DNA of 41,512 nt from Trypethelium eluteriae. Taxonomy: Eukaryota. The notes beneath the pieces were generated by a model. It saw only the letters and a program-made list of their open reading frames with translations, ran no database searches and was not told the origin of the DNA. Position 1 is the stretch's first letter. The number at the start of each line of letters is the position of its first letter. Made by a program: the position numbers and the translations under genes. The stretch covers positions 1 to 41,512 of the forward strand of contig JAVECL010000159.1 of the NCBI GenBank assembly GCA_051942245.1. The letters are read 5' to 3'. Below are positions 33,446 through 41,512 of the stretch, piece after piece.

Positions 33446-35227
33446 ATGGCATCCTCATCATCTGCATCGATGCGGACCTCGAGAGAAGCAACTCCATCCG
33501 GTGTTGCATCCTCACAAACTTCTCGCGAACCGTCTCGAGAGGGCACTCCTACGAAATCAGTCCCAACAGCTGCAGTCGACAATACACCCACAGACTCCTC
33601 GAAGCTGAAGACGTTTTTAAGCATTTTGAAACGGTATGTTCTCGATTTGGAAAGCTGTCGAAGGTTCCTGTGTTTTTTTCATGGTCTTGGCTAACCGTCT
33701 CCTATCAGATTCATAGGTGTCTCTGACATGGCGGCCGTTCGATTCTCATTACCCGCGCAATTGATGGAACCCATTCCAAATCTAGGTATACCTCCACGGT
33801 CGCGAGGATGTGTGATGGTATTGAAATGATGCTAAGAATGAGTAGAATATTGGCAGTACCTGGAACGGCCAGAGACATTCGTGAGGTCAGGAACAGCTTA
33901 CAGGTCGTGGCTGCGCGAGCTGACCTGGGCGCAGCATTCCGGACTCGGATGATCCTCTTGAGCGCATGCTGCGAGTGTTGCGATTTTGGTTTACTAAAGA
34001 TCTTGTAAGTTTCATTACCAGGCCACGAGCACTTGCTGACAATGTCACCAGAAGTATATCAAGGGGAAGCCGTGTAAGCCATACAATTCTGTGCTGGGCG
34101 AGTTCTTCCGGGTGAGTCCTTACCTGTGCTTCAGCCGACATCCCACTTATTATTATTTGAAAGTGTAATTGGGAAGTAGAAGAGATCTCTCCTCCCATCC
34201 TCGACTCAAATGAGAAGACCAGTTCCTCCACTGCGACCAGCAGAAAAGACAACCCTATAATGGTCTCTTATTTGACAGAGCAAACATCCCATCATCCGCC
34301 TGTATCGGCATATTGGACAGATTGTCCGGAAAAGGGCATTAGCGCCAGGGGTTTCGATCAATTGAGCGCGAAATTTACTGGCACCAGCGTAAAGGTCGTA
34401 CCAGGCCAATACAACGATGGCATTTTCATTACAATCAGCTCAAGAGACAGTGAGGAATATCGGTTGACACATCCAGCCGCTCATCTCAGTGGCTTTCTGA
34501 GAGGTGAGATCTTTAGTGTAAGTGTCTCGTTTGACCACATGGTTGACCCGGCATAGGCTCTCTGTACGTTACGGTCTCAGATACTGCCGTCGTTGCTTGT
34601 GCAAAAACGAGGATTAAGGTACTTTTGCAATATATGGAGGAAAGCTGGCTGGGCAAGACTCAGAATAAAGTTGAAGGGGTAATCTTCAAGTATGATCCCA
34701 ACAACGACAATAAATCAAAGATCAAAGACGTTTCAGAAAAAGATGTGCTGGTGAGGTTTGAGGGTTGCTGGCATGATAAGATCTATTACACAGTCGGCGG
34801 CAAGCCCTTCAACAAATCCGAGGTTTGTTGTCAACCCTATAATTGTCATTTGTATGCACGCTTACCACAAATTCAGGAGAAGCACCTTCTCATAGATGTT
34901 GGTTCCCTAACACCGGTGCCAAAAATCATCCCACCAGAGGAACAACAACTCCCCAATGAGTCTCGACGATTTTGGCATGACGTCACAGACGCGATCGTTG
35001 GGAAGCGTTATGGCGAAGCAACGAATCTGAAGCAGGAGATCGAGCAACGGCAGCGAGATAAGGCGGCCGAACGAGAAGCTCGGAAAGCGGAGTGGCAACC
35101 GAGATTCTTCACCGAACAGCTTGGTCCTAAGGGCAAACCGGAGCTGACACAAGAGGGCCGGAACTTATTGAAAGGAATGCTGGAACGGCAGTATCACCTC
35201 GAAGAACCTCGTGAGACTGCCGCCTAA
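33446..35227 (+). CDS. Oxysterol-binding-protein homologue (short ORD-only, Osh6/Osh7-like), about 463 aa; exons 33446-33633, 33709-33785, 33846-33885, 33935-34004, 34052-34111, 34164-34503, 34557-34822, 34877-35227
   Basis: RFSLPAQLMEP, KPYNSVLGEFFRC, OSBP fingerprint EQTSHHPPVSA, ESRRFW and K..IEQRQR. Seven phase-consistent introns. Possible 5'UTR intron at 33341-33392 (GTAACA..GCTAAC..CAG). Confidence 0.9.
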
Positions 35228-35920
35228 GGCCATGCCGAAAGGTATTATAGTCTACATGTTTCCACCGGGCGTTACCTTCTTGGGAAGTAGGGATGCATAA
35301 TGGTACTGATTGGGTGCTAGAAGGTGGCTGTCTGGAGTTCTTCGGCTATTGGCGTTTTAGATGGTAGGGAGGAGGATCACCGCGGTCTGCCAGAGTGGAA
35401 TACCGGCAGCAAGTTCTTGCTGATTAGATGCATGCACAAAGTAAGTAGATCGGTGTCTCCGAATCCTAGAATGTTCCTTACGTACGGAGTATAACAATTC
35501 TTACGGGTTCGGGCAAGGCGAAGCTGCACAGATTTGGTTTAGGGGGTGCTTGATGTCCTTGAATAAACCCAGCTCTGTTGGAAGAAGTACAAGGAAGGTC
35601 TCAAAGAGCGCACAGATAGAGCTTTAGCTTCCGAATATGTGGCATAGAACCTACTCAAGCGCATACCTTGTATATACCTTATAGAAGGTAAGGTACGGAG
35701 TACGGAGAACTGAAGGCCAATTGAAGGGCCGCGTAAAGCCACACGTGACCTCGCGACCATGGCGCGACTAAGCGATCTCGACATTTCGTCATCAGTCTTC
35801 CGTCGTGGCTGCACCACCAATAATTAACACGCTTCTTTCTACTGTCATTGACAATCGCCCAGCCGTCAATGTGTCTACGAAAGCTCTCACCGGTCGCGCA
35901 TTTTCAGTAAAACCTTGCAA

Positions 35921-37384
35921 ATGCCTCTGGGCTTCGAGCGCCTCAACGAGCGCACCCAGCGGCCCAACCCTCTCATCAACTTCATTAAGGCCCTCCCGGG
36001 TCCGACCTCCCACATTGCCGAGGACTTCCTCTCACGCATCGCAGCCATCGTACTGCCTATAATGCGCGCCAACTACATCGCTGTCATGGCGCTCGAGGAA
36101 TATCCTCCGAACCCAGAATTCGCCGGGCGCAACTTCAACGCCGGCGAAGTCATCCAGCTGGTGTTACGGGGCCGTTCGGGGGGTTGGTTGCCCTTTCGTA
36201 GCGTGCAGATGGTGATGGTGCATGAGTTGGCGCATTGTAAGCAAATGAATCACAGTCGGTATTTCTGGGGGGTACGGAATGCTTATGCGGAGGAGTTGAG
36301 AGGGCTGTGGGCGAAGGCGTACACGGGGAACGGACTGTGGGGAAAGGGCCGGACAATGTTGGCGGAGGAATACGAAACACAGTCAGCACAAGATCCGAGA
36401 GAGGAGCCGAGAAGCCTTTGTGGAGGAACGTTTAGGAGTGGGGGACGGAAGAGAAAGAGGAAGGCGAGCGTGAAAGAGAAGCCGAAGGAGAGTTATGCTG
36501 AGAGGCAGCAGAGGAGGATACGGAGAAAATTCGGAGAAGGAGGGGTGACCTTAGGGGATGATGAGGGTGCGAGGATGGTGTTGGAGAAGGGAAAGATGCA
36601 AAGCGGCAAGCCGAGGGTTGCTGGGAGCAAGAGAGGAAGAGAATTACGCGCAGCTGCCGCCCTCGCGAGGTTCGATCAAGTAGGGAAGGAGCAGCAGGTC
36701 AAGCGTGAATTACGAGATAGTGGAAGCGAGACAGAATCTGAGAGCGAGGCGGAAGTCAGCACTGGTCAGCAGGCTCTAGACATTGATGGCAAAAAGATGC
36801 TGGATCAGCAGGGACGAGGCCTGTTCAAGGTATGCGAGGATGAGGATAAGCACGACAATAACGTCAAGAGAGAGCTCGACGAACTACATGAGCTCGATAA
36901 CTGGAAATCGTTACCATCGGCGGATGACCAGCCACAGAAACTGATCAAGAAGGAGCCTGGTGACTTAGAAATAGAAAGCAAACAAAGCCCATCATTCGAC
37001 GAGTCAGATAGGACTCTCAAAGAGGTGTCAGAGCAGGATAGGAATGACCAACGAGACATTGGCTCGCAGCCCACCTTTTTTCCCTCCGTTAAATCGCAGG
37101 AGGCGCAGAAGGAAAACCAATCCAGAGGGGCCCTCAACAAACCAGATGGACACGATAAGGGCCGAGACAAGAGCCATGATTGCAGCACTTGTGCGATATG
37201 TTCACTGAAGAATGATTCCGAATCTCTGACATGCATGGCATGCGGGAATGTTCTCGATCTTGATAGGTTGCCTGATCATTGGCGCTGCCAGAGCCTTGCC
37301 TGCCGCGGAGGTCTGTACGTAAATGCTGGAGACTGCGGCATCTGTGGAGCCTGTGGAGCGGCAAAACGCCTTACGGAAGAATGA
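35921..37384 (+). CDS. WSS1: WLM-domain zinc metalloprotease (Wss1-like DNA-protein crosslink protease), 487 aa, intronless
   Basis: LEEY..N.EFAGRNFNAGEVIQLVLR, zinc motif HELAH..QMNHSRYFW, SHP-like FGEGGVTLG, VIM-like RELRAAAALARF and C-terminal Cys-rich zinc fingers. The true start is ATG 35921. Which WLM paralogue this is remains uncertain. Confidence 0.82.
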   Translation: MPLGFERLNERTQRPNPLINFIKALPGPTSHIAEDFLSRIAAIVLPIMRANYIAVMALEEYPPNPEFAGRNFNAGEVIQLVLRGRSGGWLPFRSVQMVMVHELAHCKQMNHSRYFWGVRNAYAEELRGLWAKAYTGNGLWGKGRTMLAEEYETQSAQDPREEPRSLCGGTFRSGGRKRKRKASVKEKPKESYAERQQRRIRRKFGEGGVTLGDDEGARMVLEKGKMQSGKPRVAGSKRGRELRAAAALARFDQVGKEQQVKRELRDSGSETESESEAEVSTGQQALDIDGKKMLDQQGRGLFKVCEDEDKHDNNVKRELDELHELDNWKSLPSADDQPQKLIKKEPGDLEIESKQSPSFDESDRTLKEVSEQDRNDQRDIGSQPTFFPSVKSQEAQKENQSRGALNKPDGHDKGRDKSHDCSTCAICSLKNDSESLTCMACGNVLDLDRLPDHWRCQSLACRGGLYVNAGDCGICGACGAAKRLTEE

Positions 37385-39151
37385 ATTATCACACGCTTCA
37401 GAGGAACCTTGTTGTACGAAACTCTCGGTCTTGGTTTCCGCGGAAGGGAGGTGGGCGAAGGCATGCGCCTCGTCACTTGGGCTTCGACTTACTGCAGTAG
37501 ACGCTCCAATTGCTTATGTTAGCTGTATGGCGATCTGCGATGCGATGCTTTACGATCTTACTGCTTCATGCGCTACGACCAGTCGATGCGCCATGGCTTT
37601 TCAAGAATTGTAATGGATACATAGATACCTCAATACTTCAACTAGAGACAAACCAATGAATGAGCTAGTAGGCGCATTTAGCGTTAATGAAGTTCCAAGG
37701 AATTCGCAACTGCTTTTTACTGTCGTGGACCAACCAAATTCTTCGGGACCTAATGCGGTGTGACTTGCATATGGCGCCCAGACGCGTGACTCGACGTTTT
37801 GCATGGCATTAGGATATTACCTACCGTATGTAGTCGTATCAGATCCGGCTACAGACAGAATTTGAAACTAGAAAATGGCAGGGCAGTTAGACATAGAGGA
37901 AGCAATACCAACAGTGAACTTCAGCGAAGTCTTTTGCAGTATCCTTGTCTATGAGCTACCTTAAATATTAGGCAGAACACTAACCGTATAGATGGACCAG
38001 CAAAGTATCGCTTACCCTTCATGAAATAGGAACGAGTGACCGAGCCTCAAGGATTGTAGCCCAGCCTTGCGCGCATCACGCACCTAAGGAATCACGACTA
38101 CATGCTACCGCGGCACCGCGGCGTCCAGAGCCTCAAAGGATCTCTGCCGCTCCTGAATTTCACGGCCGTCGTGGATCGAGTTCGTCAGCAAATAGGCAGG
38201 CGACCGTCGCGGATGAGCGCCAAAGCCATCCCGCGCAAATTGCAGGTGAAAAGTCGCGCACGCGGTGAACCTCTGCCGTCAACTAGCAAGAGGTAACATA
38301 AAGTCTCCCTCAAGCGGAGCACTTTCTCAAGATAGCAGGTGAAGAAGAAGCTGAGGCCGCATGGTTTCGACCACTCTCCTGAGTGGAGAGAGGAGCGCAC
38401 CGCCAATCTCGGTCTTCCCTTAGTCGCCCGCTCCTACAACCTTCTCTCTTCCCGGCCCGACGCTCAAGGGCAATCAGGAACATCTGCATGCTGATTCGCA
38501 ACCCTTAAGCCGACCCAGTCGACCTTCGCAATCTGGCATGCAGCCACTCACAGATGCAGGCCGAATGGCGTTCCGAGCGTGGCGTCTTTCGACGTCCTCG
38601 GTAATGGGCCGACGGTTCGGATCACTGTTTCCTCCGCAGATGACTCCCTGCACGCCATAGGCTGGGGATAAGCTAGAAGACCCTGAGGCTTCCAACAGTC
38701 TCTTGTATCCTTGCCTATCCTGCTGGCACGGTCAGCTTCTACAGTCAGATCCTTCACCTATTTGCTGGCTATATTATCCGTCCGACATGGTTGACTCTTG
38801 TTTCGAAACTACTGTTGAACACCGGTCCTTACTGACGAATCGGCTAAGCTGCTACCTAACCTGAATCGATTCATCCTACGGCAGCCACTTCCAGGGAGGT
38901 CAGAATCCTCCCAGATGGCTTCCCCGTGGTGTGTGTCTCAAGACGACTGGCCTAATCTCCTAAGCCGTACGTGCCTGGTTGCAGCACATTGTAAGATGCT
39001 TGCCTTGCGTGCTGGCTGCGCACGCATCCGCCGTGAAGCTCAGCCAGCACACTGGTCAGCAGGTCATTGCACTCGTAGGTAGCTGTGGGCCCTGGGACCA
39101 TGCTTTTGCGGGGACTGTAGATGGTTGAAGTACTTGCTAAGATAGACTGAT

Positions 39152-39161
39152 TTTATATAAA
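39152..39161 (+). promoter_or_regulatory. TATA box upstream of the GH16 gene, followed by a CT-rich tract
   Basis: TTTATATAAA lies about 260 bp upstream of ATG 39420 and is followed by a pyrimidine-rich leader. Confidence 0.5.
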
Positions 39162-39342
39162 CTCTCGAAAGTCGCTCATTTTATCCCAATTCGTTCTCTA
39201 CCTATTTTGCGCTCCATATACTTCTTCACAAACTTCAGTCATTCCTTTTGCCAAGACTATTTCACCCTACGGTGTCTTTCATTCTCTTTTGAATTCACTT
39301 CTCGATACTTCTTACCGCACAGTGCCACTCCTTCCCGCATAC

Positions 39343-39412
39343 TCTTCTGATACCCACGTACTACTACGCTTCTTCTGATACCCAAGTACTATTACGCTTC
39401 TTCTGAACCCAA
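39343..39412 (+). repeat. 28-bp tandem repeat, about 2.5 copies, directly upstream of the GH16 start codon
   Basis: TCTTCTGATACCCACGTACTACTACGCT / TCTTCTGATACCCAAGTACTATTACGCT / TCTTCTGAACCCAA. Confidence 0.85.
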
Positions 39413-39419
39413 CAGCACA

Positions 39420-40460
39420 ATGGCAAGCATCAAGAGCACTCTTGCTCTTGGTATGAGCTTGGCTGTGGCCAATGCATACAACCTCGTCCAAACCTACAAT
39501 GCTGGGAACTGGCTGGACTCGTTCACCGTTGAGAATATTGGCGATCCCACCCACGGCTTTGTCAACTACGTCGACGAGGGCACTGCAACCAGCAACGGAT
39601 ATATCTCGACTGCCAACAACCAGGTGTACATGGGTGTTGACCATACTTCTGTCCTGAATCCAAGCGGTACCGGCAGGAACAGCGTCCGACTTTCAAGCAA
39701 CAGAGCATATACACACTATCTCATGATCGCCGACATTGCCCACGCTCCTTCCAGTACCTGTGGTCTCTGGCCTGCTATGTATGTTTCGACCCCTACTCTA
39801 CCTGCACCTCTCTTTTGCATGCAATGCTCACTTTTCACTAGGTGGTCCTATGGTCCGAACTGGCCAGCCAGTGGCGAGATTGACATTATCGAGAATGTCA
39901 ATTCTGCAACAAATGACCAAATGACCCTGCATACCGCTCCAGGCTGCATCGTCTCTCCTGGTGCTCAAACTGGCAGCATGGGCGCAACTGACTGCGGTGC
40001 TGGCGGGGGAAACAACGGTTGTGATGTTGTGTCGAACAACGGCGGCAGCTTCGGTACTGATCTGAATGGCGTCTATGCAACTCTTTGGGAGAGCACCGGC
40101 ATCCAGATCTGGTACTTCCCACGCTCTGCCATCCCCGGCGACATCAGTAACGGCAATCCCAACCCGGCTGGATGGGGAACGCCTGCGGCTAGCTTTGTTG
40201 GATGTAGCAACGGCAACTTCGACGGCTACTTCGCCAACCACAATATTGTAAGTACCGTCAGGAGCCTCGTAATAAGCCTCAAGGATACTAATGGTTGCTG
40301 CTAGATCTTCAATATCGACTTCTGCGGCGGCTGGGCTGATGGTCAATGGGGTGCGCAATGCGGCAACCTCGCTTCTACTTGCGAGCAATATGTTGCAGGC
40401 AACCCAGGTGCTTTCAACGAGGCCTACTGGCTGATTAACAGTGTTCAGGTTTATCAGTAA
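39420..40460 (+). CDS. Secreted glycoside hydrolase family 16 endo-1,3(4)-beta-glucanase, 306 aa; exons 39420-39778, 39842-40247, 40305-40460
   Basis: Signal peptide, DPTHGFVNYVD, GRNSVRL, CGLWPAMW, catalytic GEIDIIE, NIDFCGGWA and EAYWLINSVQVYQ. No S/T tail or GPI signal. Confidence 0.93.
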
Positions 40461-41512
40461 ATATTCCTGTTTCAGGCTGCGCTTTATGTTCTTGTCAATA
40501 TCTACGACGCTCGTTTACTTAGGAGACTTTTGCTCCGTACTTCTTGTTTATATACCCTCTTTTGATCTTGGTGTCTCGCATCAAGGGAACAGCCACGACT
40601 TCAGTTGACATGAATGTGATATCACTTAGCACGCGTATTTGGCATTGCATTTATGATTTGGCATTGGCATGGTTGGCGTCCTCCAGGACCTCTTCTTGTA
40701 CATACTTCAACCGGCCTCGGGGTTATTCAGAACTTGAAGCTAGCAAATTATTTTCACTTGAGTGCTTTGGTCAATCTGGATATCATTCTAGAGACGCATT
40801 CCATCAAGAGGGGCTCGGCGGAAGTTACTCCTAGACTTCACTCTGAAGCTCTTCTAAGGTAAGGATAGAACTCTGAGTTTGACATGCCCAAGCGAAGATA
40901 GTACGTCTCTTCAAAGCTTGCGCGACTACTGAAGGCTAGCGCACTTCACAAACCGACGGAAGACTAATCTCGGTCAATCTCGGACGTAGGATCAATTATA
41001 GAAGACCGGCTGTGGCGCGTAGAGAGGTTCAGTGCGCTGCTTAGAGGACGTTGCACCGTTGGCTACAGTAATCGTCTTTGGGTGCTTGGATGAACGGGAG
41101 GATCTGACACCGGTAGCGTAAAAGATCGACTGCAAGGATTACGACCAGAAGGATCCAATCCGCTCGCAAGAACAGTAGGTGTCTCCGTGCCCTGGAAAGA
41201 CTCTGATCCGGATCTCGAACTTATTCGTCTCATTCGCCGCTAGATGAAACAAAAAGGAGAATAGGGGAGACATAGAGGACTCATCTGCCGACGCGCAGTG
41301 ACCCCAAGTTTTTCGACCGGATGGAATAGTACCGCGCAATGACCCTTTCTCGCCCTCATCCTCTCCAATTCCATCAAAACAGATTCTGAGTGCAGACTTT
41401 GTGGGCTTTTCCTTGTTAGGTTGGGCGGGTCTCAATCGAAGGGCGCCGTGAGGACGGGATCAATATGCACCGATTGACAAAGTGGTCTGTCGCCAATAAT
41501 CCACCCCGCCAC

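Noticed and set aside
39828..40388. 186-aa minus-strand ORF
   Set aside because: Antisense shadow of the codon-biased GH16 gene.
41139..41512. 98-aa minus-strand ORF near the right edge
   Set aside because: TTG start, an upstream in-frame stop and no recognisable motif; it cannot be supported as a gene end.

Overview
Eukaryotic DNA from a filamentous ascomycete (Pezizomycotina), judged by short GT/GC..CTRAY..AG introns and fungal-specific genes. Fifteen protein-coding genes can be built by hand, and every spliced model closes its reading frame. In order: a CUE3/ASCC2-like gene truncated at the left edge, head-to-head with RPS20 (uS10); a charged orphan gene; a GH30 beta-1,6-glucanase; a secreted Ser/Thr/Pro-rich mucin-like protein; an unnamed regulator-like protein; an intronless SDR; MON1 head-to-head with DOP1/dopA; a small mitochondrial membrane protein; a peroxisomal ANT1-like carrier head-to-head with palB/RIM13 calpain; an OSH6/7-like OSBP protein; a WSS1-like WLM protease; and a GH16 glucanase. 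The clearest non-coding structure is a 191-bp fold-back inverted repeat at 16672-16862. The best leads are (1) the ribosome-quality-control ubiquitin reader Cue3 sharing a 330-bp divergent promoter with its ribosomal target uS10, (2) the fold-back element, (3) the unnamed TF-like gene with an 855-nt ATG-free upstream region, and (4) a run of endosome/membrane-trafficking genes. I saw no tRNA, rRNA, CRISPR array or intact transposase. All family calls come from motif recognition; no database searches were run.
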